Source: a virus (Duplodnaviria > Heunggongvirae > Uroviricota > Caudoviricetes). Taken from it: DNA of 27,891 nucleotides. The notes below the pieces were generated by a model that saw only the letters and a list, made by a program, of their open reading frames with translations, did not search any database and was not told the origin of the DNA. The translations under genes and the position numbers were made by a program. Positions 1 to 8,598 of the stretch are shown one piece after another. The stretch lies in IMG/VR virus record IMGVR_UViG_3300047476_000806. One strand, 5' to 3'. Each line of letters starts with the position of its first letter. The stretch's first letter is position 1.

Positions 1-42
1 AATATATCCAGAAGAACCTGTTATAAGTATTCGTTTAATCAT
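1..42 (-). CDS. NAD-dependent epimerase/dehydratase, N-terminal 14 codons only (runs off the window edge)
   Basis: Not in ORF track. ATG at 42 reads MIKRILITGSSGYI, the Rossmann GxxGxx(G) start of extended SDR sugar epimerases; fits the neighbouring glycan genes. Confidence 0.7.
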   Translation of the reverse strand, partial: MIKRILITGSSGYI

Positions 43-120
43 TAATATTTAATTCTTTTTAAAATATCATCAATATCATAATCAAATCCAGTAATTTCAA
101 TTTTAACATAATCAGGTAAT

Positions 121-768
121 TCAAAAATCTAGATTTTGCACACTATTATATAAAACAAAATCATTTTTATATATAAATTCAATGTGGTCTAATAATTCAT
201 TACTCAACTCTTCTTTTTTATTATCTTCTCTAACATCCGATCGATAATTGTATGGAATATTACAATCTATATTAGTTAATTTTTTAGCCATAAAATTAAT
301 ATCTTCATATTTAAATAGTTTATTTAGTTTTATTCCGTTATGAATTATCCAATTTTCTTGTGGAACAAAGGCAACATCGTACCAAATATTATGATCATAA
401 TGTTCTAATATTTTACTTACCACTTCATTTTTATTAGACATATTATTAATTTTTATATGACAGTGCTCTGGTGCTTTAACAAAATGATAACACGCACTCA
501 AAAATCTATCAATCGGATTTCTAACAATTACATATTTATCATAATTTAAAATATCTTCTTCTGACATTATTTTTGAATCTATAATATTTTGTATTGTTGG
601 GTGGTTAGCAAATTCAAAATTAGTAATGTTACTATCTATATTTATAAAAGGCATTCCAGAATACTGAATATCATCGTTACTGTTTTTTATTAAAAAATAT
701 TGTAAAGAGGTTGACCCAGTTTTTGGATTTCTAATATAGATATATTTTTTAGTATGATTTATTAACAC
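121..768 (-). CDS. Sulfotransferase (Sulfotransfer_2-like)
   Basis: 5'-PSB motif YIRNPKTGSTS and 3'-PB motif VIVRNPIDRFLSACY. GTG start preceded by AGAGGAA and overlapping the upstream stop. Confidence 0.85.
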   Translation of the reverse strand: MLINHTKKYIYIRNPKTGSTSLQYFLIKNSNDDIQYSGMPFINIDSNITNFEFANHPTIQNIIDSKIMSEEDILNYDKYVIVRNPIDRFLSACYHFVKAPEHCHIKINNMSNKNEVVSKILEHYDHNIWYDVAFVPQENWIIHNGIKLNKLFKYEDINFMAKKLTNIDCNIPYNYRSDVREDNKKEELSNELLDHIEFIYKNDFVLYNSVQNLDF

Positions 769-1169
769 AATTCCTCTATTATTCTATTAATGTCTTCATT
801 AGTTGCATATTTAAATAATCTATAGTCATATTTAATGGGAGGTTCAAATATACTATTAGTATCTTTGAATCTTCCTTGTTCTATTGTATCCATCCATATT
901 ACTATATCAGCCGAAAAAATATTTCTTATCTCTTCAGTAGGTGCAACAAAGTCACATATAACATACTTAAATCCATAACGTTGGCTATCGTCAGCTAATG
1001 TTTTCATTCTAACTGCTTGTCGAATTCTACCCTCTAAAGAAAAATCCCAGTCATTTTCACTCTTTCTAATATCATCCGCATTATACCATTTACTATGTAA
1101 TCTTAGATTCAATTCTTTAGCTAAAGTTGTTTTTCCAGAACCAGGAAGTCCCATAATTAAAATTTTCAT
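762..1169 (-). CDS. Adenylylsulfate (APS) kinase-like P-loop protein, short form
   Basis: ILIMGLPGSGKTT P-loop, NADDIR, DWDFSLEGRIRQA and VICDFVAP resemble CysC. Only 135 aa; lies between two sulfotransferases. Confidence 0.75.
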   Translation of the reverse strand: MKILIMGLPGSGKTTLAKELNLRLHSKWYNADDIRKSENDWDFSLEGRIRQAVRMKTLADDSQRYGFKYVICDFVAPTEEIRNIFSADIVIWMDTIEQGRFKDTNSIFEPPIKYDYRLFKYATNEDINRIIEELC

Positions 1170-1747
1170 ATTATACTTTCATAACCATGACTTTTACAAA
1201 AAACATCAAGTTCTAATAATAAATCCTTAGAGCACTTTTTTAATTCATTTAAATCTATATTAGGATGATTTCTTTGATTTGTTTTATCAATCAAATTATA
1301 TTGAATATTTGGATATTTTGGTTTTAAAAAATTAAATAATTTTTCAGATTCATCTTCAATTCTATATATGATATTGGGATTCATTTTTTTAATTAAATAA
1401 TCAAAATGCAATATAGATCTTATAGCATTTTCATATGAATTATTAGTATAATAAACTCCCATTTGTTTTCTTAAATTTATAGATTCGTAATTGTTATCTT
1501 CAGTATAAATTATTGATGGAATACTATCTATTGGATTTCTAACATTGTATATTAAAATGTTATAACTCATTCTACGTTTAATCTGATTACTAAAATATCC
1601 AGGATAAGGACCATGAGGTTTAACTAATTCCCAAGCAATAATTCCATCCGCACCCAATTCTTCATGTGCGACATCTAACCCCCAACTTGATATAAGTTGA
1701 GACGTATAATTTGTTCCTGTTCTGGGATGACCTAAACCTAATATCAT
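1166..1747 (-). CDS. Sulfotransferase-family protein
   Basis: N-terminal LGLGHPRTGT (PAPS-binding loop) and YNVRNPIDSIPS; ATGA overlap with the next gene. Confidence 0.75.
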   Translation of the reverse strand: MILGLGHPRTGTNYTSQLISSWGLDVAHEELGADGIIAWELVKPHGPYPGYFSNQIKRRMSYNILIYNVRNPIDSIPSIIYTEDNNYESINLRKQMGVYYTNNSYENAIRSILHFDYLIKKMNPNIIYRIEDESEKLFNFLKPKYPNIQYNLIDKTNQRNHPNIDLNELKKCSKDLLLELDVFCKSHGYESII

Positions 1748-1839
1748 TTGTAAATAAATGGATCTATTTTTTTGATATTTTTAAGATTTTTTTTATATAA
1801 AAAATAGTCTTTAATGTAATTAATTAATTTGGTAAACAT
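1744..1839 (-). CDS. Small basic 31-aa protein ending DPFIYK (not in ORF track)
   Basis: ATG at 1839 gives MFTKLINYIKDYFLYKKNLKNIKKIDPFIYK*. It fills the whole gap, overlaps the carbamoyltransferase stop, and its TGA forms an ATGA overlap with the sulfotransferase start. Confidence 0.7.
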   Translation of the reverse strand: MFTKLINYIKDYFLYKKNLKNIKKIDPFIYK

Positions 1840-3317
1840 ACTTTTACTCCATATTGTTTTGTCCATCGTTTAGCATCTTTTTTAGTATTAACTAAAGGTT
1901 CACCTTTAATATTTAAACTAGTATTTAATAACATTGGGCATCCTGTTAATTTATACCATTTTAATAATAAATCATATAAATCAGGATGATTATTTATATT
2001 CACTGTTTGTACTCTACTTGTATTATCATAATGTACAATTGCTGGATAAAGATCGGGCCTTTTACATTTAACTGTAAATTGCATATATGGGCTAACAAAC
2101 CCAGAATCGACTTCAAAATAATCTTCAACAAATTCTTCTAATATAATAGGAGCAAATGGTCTAAATGGTTCTCTAAACTTTATATTATTAACTCTATCTT
2201 TAACATCTTTTCCTCTAGGATCTGCTAATATGCTTCTATTACCTAATGCTCTTGGTCCAAATTCAGCTTTACCTGCGGCCACCGCTACAATTTTATTTTT
2301 TAATAATTCTTCAAGTATTTCATTAGTTGGATACGCACCAGTTATTTCATGACCAATATATGGGCCAGGCCAATCAACGTGTTTATTCCAATTTGCTAAA
2401 ACACAACCAATAGAACTACCAGCATCACCTGGGTTAGGCATAATCCAAACATTATCATAATATTTTAATGCCAAAGTATTAGCAACACAGTTCAACGCGC
2501 AACCACCAGTTATCACAAGATTTTTTGAGTCTATAGTTTTTAAAGAATATTTTATAATTGCAACAAATATCTCTTCAAATATTTTTTGAGTAGCTGCCGC
2601 AATATCATAATAATCTTGTTGTGTTGTTAAATCTGGTCTCCAATCTAAACATCCTCGATGTAGATTTTTTCTAAAAATAATATTAGGATTATTTTCATTC
2701 GGTAAATGAACAAAAAAGTCTGTTTTTATTTCATTATAAAACTTTTCAGGATCTCCTAATGCAGACATTCCCATTAAAATATATTCATGTTCTTGAGGTT
2801 TTAAATCTAATCTTTGTGTTATAGCACTATACCAAAGTCCAACACTATTCGGATAAGATTGAGAATATTTTTTAATTAATTTATTATTCTTGCCATGCCA
2901 AATGGTAAAACATTCCCATTCGCCTATACTATCAAGAGAAATAATTACGGCATTTTTAAACGTGCTTGTAAAGTATCCAGCCGCAACATGACTTTTATGA
3001 TGATTTGTATATTTTACTGGAATATCAATTCCAAATTTTTTAAGATGACTTCTAGGAAATTCATCTAATATAGAACTATATTGACCTGCATATAGTTGTC
3101 TAGTTTTTTTTAATAATAAATTCTCATAGAAATATATTTTATTTGGATATCCATATTTTAATGCCTCATCTATTATTTGTTGATTTAAATATGGATCGTT
3201 TTTTATTCTGCTATATCTTTCAGAATGGCTTGCATAAACTAATGTTTCACCAATAAATACTGCTAATGCGGCATCATGGCTTAAACCACTCCATCCCCAT
3301 GTTATAATATCATTCAT
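1824..3317 (-). CDS. O-carbamoyltransferase (NodU/CmcH/TobZ family)
   Basis: HDAA, HHKSH, LDSIGEW, GGCALNC, EFGPRALGNRSILADPR, KFREPFRPFAP and LLNTSLNIKGEP cover both the Kae1-like and YrdC-like halves. Confidence 0.95.
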   Translation of the reverse strand: MNDIITWGWSGLSHDAALAVFIGETLVYASHSERYSRIKNDPYLNQQIIDEALKYGYPNKIYFYENLLLKKTRQLYAGQYSSILDEFPRSHLKKFGIDIPVKYTNHHKSHVAAGYFTSTFKNAVIISLDSIGEWECFTIWHGKNNKLIKKYSQSYPNSVGLWYSAITQRLDLKPQEHEYILMGMSALGDPEKFYNEIKTDFFVHLPNENNPNIIFRKNLHRGCLDWRPDLTTQQDYYDIAAATQKIFEEIFVAIIKYSLKTIDSKNLVITGGCALNCVANTLALKYYDNVWIMPNPGDAGSSIGCVLANWNKHVDWPGPYIGHEITGAYPTNEILEELLKNKIVAVAAGKAEFGPRALGNRSILADPRGKDVKDRVNNIKFREPFRPFAPIILEEFVEDYFEVDSGFVSPYMQFTVKCKRPDLYPAIVHYDNTSRVQTVNINNHPDLYDLLLKWYKLTGCPMLLNTSLNIKGEPLVNTKKDAKRWTKQYGVKVCLPN

Positions 3318-4290
3318 TTTTATACTTTTGTTTCCATTTTACATAAATGTCATTATTCATTTGTATACCAGGATGAGAACATTCGTGCCCAAATTCATAA
3401 TCTCGTCCTGCAATTAAATTCAACTCATTTATGTTTTTAACTTTATAATTAGGTCTGGCAGGCCAAATACCATCGACATCTGTAATAATATTTAATTCAG
3501 CAAAGTTACTAAAATGCCATACTGGAATTCCTGCCAATTTACATAATGTATCTACGGTTTTTTTAATTCCTAAAAAACTATATTTCCAATGATTGCTATT
3601 ACTTATATATTCTTGATATGATTTATCCCATAAAGTGTAATCATACTTAAAAGTACCATAAAATAAATGATCTGCATATCGTGGATAACATTTTCTAGTT
3701 AAAGAAGACCATGATACTGCAATGAATTTTGGTAATTTTGGTTGAGATAATAACTGAACAATGTTTCTTAATATGAATTCATTGCCGGCTCCTGGTGCTC
3801 CAGCATTAACTAAATCACAATTAAGATCCTTAGCTATTTTATAGGACCACGTTTCCTCTAATGGTAATCCAACTCCAGCAGTAAAACTGCAACCAAATAC
3901 TGCAATATAATTATCCCAATTTACATCATTAAATTCATTCATTCTATAACCAAGAGAATTTAATTTATATTCAATTGGTCTATTGTACCAAATCCATTCT
4001 TCACCTAATTTTTTTTGATTGTCAAGAAATAATCTTTCAGAATCAGTATCCCAAAAATTAATGGTGGTGGATCTCTGTTTATTTTTGTGTAACTCAACTA
4101 GAGGAAAATCATATATCTTCTTAAGAAATTGATCGTGTTCTAAGCTATTAATTAAATCGTTTTCTATTCTATTAAAACTCAACCCATTATTTGTATAATG
4201 TTCCAACCCATCCGAATCAGGATCACGACCCAGAATTTCTTGATATAATTGGGTTATTTTTTGTTGTCTATTATTAAAAAATGATGCCAT
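3310..4290 (-). CDS. SGNH/GDSL-like protein with N-terminal DUF4214-like helical module
   Basis: FGCSFTAG (block I), NAGAPGAGN (block II) and a C-terminal HPG. N-terminal LYQEILGRDPDSDGLEHY. Start moved to 4290 (TAATG overlap with the upstream stop) from 4302 in the track. Confidence 0.6.
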   Translation of the reverse strand: MASFFNNRQQKITQLYQEILGRDPDSDGLEHYTNNGLSFNRIENDLINSLEHDQFLKKIYDFPLVELHKNKQRSTTINFWDTDSERLFLDNQKKLGEEWIWYNRPIEYKLNSLGYRMNEFNDVNWDNYIAVFGCSFTAGVGLPLEETWSYKIAKDLNCDLVNAGAPGAGNEFILRNIVQLLSQPKLPKFIAVSWSSLTRKCYPRYADHLFYGTFKYDYTLWDKSYQEYISNSNHWKYSFLGIKKTVDTLCKLAGIPVWHFSNFAELNIITDVDGIWPARPNYKVKNINELNLIAGRDYEFGHECSHPGIQMNNDIYVKWKQKYKNE

Positions 4291-4985
4291 TACTGTTTCC
4301 ATTTAAATTTGTAAACGTTTGAATTTAAATTTATATCTAATTCTTCATGCATATTAGGGCGCATGTGTACTCCGTTTACACCAATATGTTTAGATCTGGA
4401 TGAAATTGGATAAATACATGATAATTTATTAGACGGTAAAATCACGTCTCTGATTTTATGATCCCACCCTCTAAATGAATAATCAAAATCCCAGGTTTTT
4501 TCTAGAAAGTTATACCATCTATTTTGCCATATTCCCCACAACCAACAATCAAAATTTGGTTTTATTGTAACTAAATCCTCATCTTTATTCAGTTTAGTGT
4601 GAGCACATATTGCTAAAATATTTTTATTTTCTAAGAACAAATCACTGCAAAAATTAAAATAATTTAATATATCTGCTGATGGTAATAGATCTTCTTCTGC
4701 GGCGATTACAAAATCATATCCTTTGTTAAAAACCAAATTTAATCCAGTGTGTGGATTTCTTAAAACTCCATGAGGAGGATTATTTACGGATATATTGACA
4801 TTTAAATTATTATCTAATTCAAATTGGTGTATTAAATTTTCAATAGTTTCAAAATTATTTTCAGAATAATCTATGCTAAAATAGATGTCATATTCATTTA
4901 AACCAATTACTTGACCCCATTGTTTTAATGTTTTTTCAAAATACATAGGTCTATCATAACAAGTAAACATTATTGCTTTTTTCAT
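4290..4985 (-). CDS. GT-A glycosyltransferase (GT2/GT13-like)
   Basis: FTCYDRPMYF start, acidic EED motif (IAAEEDLLPSADIL), CWLWGIW, GWD and SRSKHIGVNGVH. Confidence 0.75.
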   Translation of the reverse strand: MKKAIMFTCYDRPMYFEKTLKQWGQVIGLNEYDIYFSIDYSENNFETIENLIHQFELDNNLNVNISVNNPPHGVLRNPHTGLNLVFNKGYDFVIAAEEDLLPSADILNYFNFCSDLFLENKNILAICAHTKLNKDEDLVTIKPNFDCWLWGIWQNRWYNFLEKTWDFDYSFRGWDHKIRDVILPSNKLSCIYPISSRSKHIGVNGVHMRPNMHEELDINLNSNVYKFKWKQ

Positions 4986-5968
4986 TATGTTCCAAAATCG
5001 GGATGATTAATTCTAGTTATAAAACTATTGGAGAAATTATCTAAATTAGTAGTTAATTTCATTCTTTCATTATTTATATCGCTGTCATCAGATGATCTAT
5101 ATACTAATATAGGATTAGTAAATTCAGTTACACATTCATTTGGAAAATAATTCCAAATATTATCTGCTTCAACACATACTGGATAATTTAATTCTAACAT
5201 TTTTTTAGCACCAGAGTTTGATATAATATATGCATGTACTCCATGTACAAAATCTAGTTCTACTGAAGGATAGTTAGGATTATGAATAGAAATATTTCCA
5301 ATTAAATACTTAGACTCATCTAAATAAATTATTGAATTTTGTTCGTTTAAAACGTTAGGGGCAGATGCAGTTTTAAGTTTACCGTTATAATAATGATTAG
5401 AAGAAAAAGAACCCAATATTAAAAAATCAAATCCATAATTAGAATTAACATCAAAGTTGAATAATAGATTCTTAAATTCTATAGTTAATTCCGCATCATC
5501 TTCTAATACAACTGCATATGGCAAATCATTTGCTACTATTTTTTTGGCAATTTCTATATGAGATAAAGCACACGCTATTTCAGATTTTAACATAGTACGA
5601 TGAATTTGTTTTGCTTTTATATCGTCATACACATCAGAAAGATCGTCGGGTAATTGTTGACCATCAATAGCTTTTATTATCTCATAATTTTTAATGCCAA
5701 GATTATTTAATTTTTTTTGAATAGCTTCTTTTCTATCATTTCTACGTTCCAAACTAATAATATAAATAGGAACACAATTATTTAATTGTAAATTATCATT
5801 TGGATTAATTGAATTAAACTTACTTTTAAACTCTTTAGATTGCCAAAGACCTATTTGTATTAAGTATAAATCTAAACTTCTACTTGCCAAAAACTTAATA
5901 CGTCTCTGATCAACATCTTTACCTATAATAGTAGAATATAACTTTTCTATTGATTCTTTTCTGGTCAT
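4985..5968 (-). CDS. Glycosyltransferase family 25 (LPS-biosynthesis type)
   Basis: IYIISLERRNDRK, KAIDG, EIACALSHIEIAKKI, VVLEDDA and AYIIS..GAKKML. Confidence 0.88.
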   Translation of the reverse strand: MTRKESIEKLYSTIIGKDVDQRRIKFLASRSLDLYLIQIGLWQSKEFKSKFNSINPNDNLQLNNCVPIYIISLERRNDRKEAIQKKLNNLGIKNYEIIKAIDGQQLPDDLSDVYDDIKAKQIHRTMLKSEIACALSHIEIAKKIVANDLPYAVVLEDDAELTIEFKNLLFNFDVNSNYGFDFLILGSFSSNHYYNGKLKTASAPNVLNEQNSIIYLDESKYLIGNISIHNPNYPSVELDFVHGVHAYIISNSGAKKMLELNYPVCVEADNIWNYFPNECVTEFTNPILVYRSSDDSDINNERMKLTTNLDNFSNSFITRINHPDFGT

Positions 5969-6810
5969 AGTTTATTTCTTTTAGCAATTAATCTATTTCT
6001 AATTTCTTGTATTTCTTCACGAGACTTAGGCATCATTCTATTTAACAATATAAAGTATTCATCCTTTTTATTTACAGAGTCCCATGAATCATATTGCGAC
6101 TTTCCAGTTGGACCAATATTATGATGAAATCTTGAGTTTATTTCTGGATGTAAAAACGTTTCATTGGGATCAGATTGTATTCCCGGTTTACCATACTTAT
6201 CATTTAAATTAATGTAATTAATTCCAGTTTCTTTAATACTTAAATAAATCATAAATCCATCATATGGTGAATTATGTTGAATTAAAGATTCCACTTTGTA
6301 TAATTGTTTAAATTTGTTATTAAATTTTTGGGTGTGCTCATGATTAACATCAAATATAACTATACCCGATTCAATATGATCTTCTCCGCCATTATATTCT
6401 CTTTGACATGCTATAGCACAATTATTTAATAAATTCTCAATAAAATTATAATTGTTTGGCTTAAATATACAATCCCCATCTAACCAAATAACATAACAGT
6501 CTTTATTATTATCTAAAGCATGTTGCATTACAAATGCTTTATAACTAAATCTGACACCCATCTTTTTATTATACAACGAATGTTTTGATTTGGTCTCAAA
6601 TTCGCATATCCAAGCTTTATGATTAGGTATTGCAATATCATAGTTAATAATATTAATTCTCGAATCAAATATTTCTATATCAAAATCTAAATATAAATCT
6701 ACAGTAATGTTAGATTCGGATACATTTTTCGTGAATGTATCAATCCATTTCTTACCATATAAATCATATCCTATCTTAGAAAAAGTTGTAACAAATTTTA
6801 TAGGCATCAT
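5965..6810 (-). CDS. Putative GT-A fold nucleotide-diphospho-sugar transferase
   Basis: FVTTFS start, RFSYKAFVM, DxD motif IWLDGDC and ESGIVIFD; glycan cluster context. Confidence 0.6.
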   Translation of the reverse strand: MMPIKFVTTFSKIGYDLYGKKWIDTFTKNVSESNITVDLYLDFDIEIFDSRINIINYDIAIPNHKAWICEFETKSKHSLYNKKMGVRFSYKAFVMQHALDNNKDCYVIWLDGDCIFKPNNYNFIENLLNNCAIACQREYNGGEDHIESGIVIFDVNHEHTQKFNNKFKQLYKVESLIQHNSPYDGFMIYLSIKETGINYINLNDKYGKPGIQSDPNETFLHPEINSRFHHNIGPTGKSQYDSWDSVNKKDEYFILLNRMMPKSREEIQEIRNRLIAKRNKL

Positions 6811-7562
6811 TTTAAATACTCTTTTTCGTCACTGCGCCACGAATCATAATTGCAATTTCTCCACGTTATACTAGCTGATTGATGAAATATACACGTTGAT
6901 GGATATTTGTATGGTGTAAAAATATTATCTTGCTTCAAAATAAATTTGGTGTTATCGAATTGTACATTTTTATTTTCGTTATAATAATTTGAAGTCCCAC
7001 CTAACATCATATGATTGTGCTCATGCATATCATAGTATTCTAAAATGCCGTCTGAAAATGCTAATTGTCCAAAGTTTTGTATAGGGGTAGTTTGTGATTT
7101 ATCTAAGAAAAGATTACTGTTATATAATTTCATAAAATTATTCAATACTGAAAGCAATACTGGGTTTTTTGGTGATGATGCAAATGCAAAATTACAAAGA
7201 CTTCCGTTTTCTCTTTCGATTGCTACAATTAATTTATCTTTTTCGTTAAGCCATTCACTGAATGGCTTTGAACATTCACAATCTATATCAACATAAACAC
7301 CACCATAGACATATACAACAGCAACACGCCACACATCCGCTTTCATTACTCCAAATGGTAATGAATTATACATATTATAAAAATCTGAATTAAAATTATC
7401 TTTTATGAATTGATTGCATCTATCATCATCCATGAATAACCATTCGTAATCAGGATTTAAAGTAATAATAGATTTAATTAGTGGATGAGAATTTACATGA
7501 GGAAATGATTTAGCAGTTTGCCAAACTATTTTTGGAATTTGTTGTGTTATTTCTCGCTTCAA
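6807..7562 (-). CDS. Glycosyltransferase family 32 (OCH1/SUR1-like DXD sugar-binding)
   Basis: IPKIVWQT, KADVWRVAVVYVYGGVYVDID, LCNFAFASSPKNP. TTG start directly after an in-frame TAA. Confidence 0.88.
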   Translation of the reverse strand: MKREITQQIPKIVWQTAKSFPHVNSHPLIKSIITLNPDYEWLFMDDDRCNQFIKDNFNSDFYNMYNSLPFGVMKADVWRVAVVYVYGGVYVDIDCECSKPFSEWLNEKDKLIVAIERENGSLCNFAFASSPKNPVLLSVLNNFMKLYNSNLFLDKSQTTPIQNFGQLAFSDGILEYYDMHEHNHMMLGGTSNYYNENKNVQFDNTKFILKQDNIFTPYKYPSTCIFHQSASITWRNCNYDSWRSDEKEYLK

Positions 7563-7698
7563 TTAGTTTCTCTCGCGTACTTTTAATATAGTCATTATAA
7601 TCATATGAAAAATTCAACATATTGATAATAGAATCTATATAGATTTTATCACAATATGTTGAATATGGTTTTATTACTTTATTGCAAAAATCTGTCAT
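7510..7698 (-). CDS. Hypothetical 62-aa protein (uncertain)
   Basis: ATG 3 nt after the fibre gene stop, fills the gap and overlaps the GT32 start by 53 nt. No recognisable motif. Confidence 0.35.
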   Translation of the reverse strand: MTDFCNKVIKPYSTYCDKIYIDSIINMLNFSYDYNDYIKSTREKLIEARNNTTNSKNSLANC

Positions 7699-7701
7699 TA
7701 A

Positions 7702-8598
7702 TTAAGAAACTCTATACCATAAAGTTGATATATGCGATGATTCTGTGGACACACCAGCATAACCCATACATCTCCATGTTCCATCAACATTAGTCCAGTT
7801 GACTACTGCACCAGTTGTCTTAACACCTGCTGCCGAGAGGGGACCAGATGCCGTAGTAGAAATTACATCTTGTCCTGGTAGCACATTAGACCCATAACTA
7901 GAAGATAATCTCAAGAACATGTATGATCCTATTGCTAATGGATCGATTGTTGGAATTGAAATATTGCCATCAATTATTAACGTACCACCTGGCATACCAT
8001 ATGAGTCTAATGCTGAGACTGTATTAGCAACAATAGAAACTTCACCAATTAATCCAGAAGCAAACACAACATTATCCGTAGTATTTAATGATTGATTTGC
8101 GCCAGCAGTATTTGCGGTATTAAATGCCGCCTGAGCGTGAAGTTGTGCTGTATTAGCTTTCGTATATGCACTATTAGCATATGAACCAGCAGTGTTTGCT
8201 CTTTGTAACCCTGTGTTAGCATAAACACCAGAAGTTACTGCTCGTTGGTCAGCAGTTGCCGCATTTGTAGTTGCTGTATTGGCTTGTGTATAAGCACTAT
8301 TGGCATATGAACCCGCAACGCCAATTGTTGTACTGATAGTTGTTGCAAAGTTAGCATCATCACCTAAGGCTGCCGCTAATTCGTTTAGAGTGTCTAGTGT
8401 GCCAGGAGCCGCATCAACTAAGTTAGAAACTGCTGTTGTAACATATGATTCGGTCGCCAATGGTTTACCACCAGCAGTAGAACCATCCATAACGACAACG
8501 GTGTCTTTTGTTAAATCGATGAAAATTTCACCTACAGCACCAGTAACACTAGCTAAGTTTGCTGTGGTATCTCTTCTAAATTGTAGCGTTTTTGCCAT
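7702..8598 (-). CDS. Tail fibre/receptor-binding protein with Mtd_N-like head
   Basis: LQFRRDTTANLASVTGAVGEIFIDLTKDTVVVMDGSTAGG (Mtd N-terminal type), fibre motif LVDAAPGTLDTLNELAAALGDDANFATT, ANTA repeats and a C-terminal GTWRCMG...TLWYRVS tip. SD AGAGGT. Confidence 0.85.
   Translation of the reverse strand: MAKTLQFRRDTTANLASVTGAVGEIFIDLTKDTVVVMDGSTAGGKPLATESYVTTAVSNLVDAAPGTLDTLNELAAALGDDANFATTISTTIGVAGSYANSAYTQANTATTNAATADQRAVTSGVYANTGLQRANTAGSYANSAYTKANTAQLHAQAAFNTANTAGANQSLNTTDNVVFASGLIGEVSIVANTVSALDSYGMPGGTLIIDGNISIPTIDPLAIGSYMFLRLSSSYGSNVLPGQDVISTTASGPLSAAGVKTTGAVVNWTNVDGTWRCMGYAGVSTESSHISTLWYRVS

Noticed and set aside
639-1998. TATAAATA matches at 639-646 and 1991-1998
   Set aside because: Inside coding sequence of a very AT-rich region where chance matches are expected; not supported as promoters.
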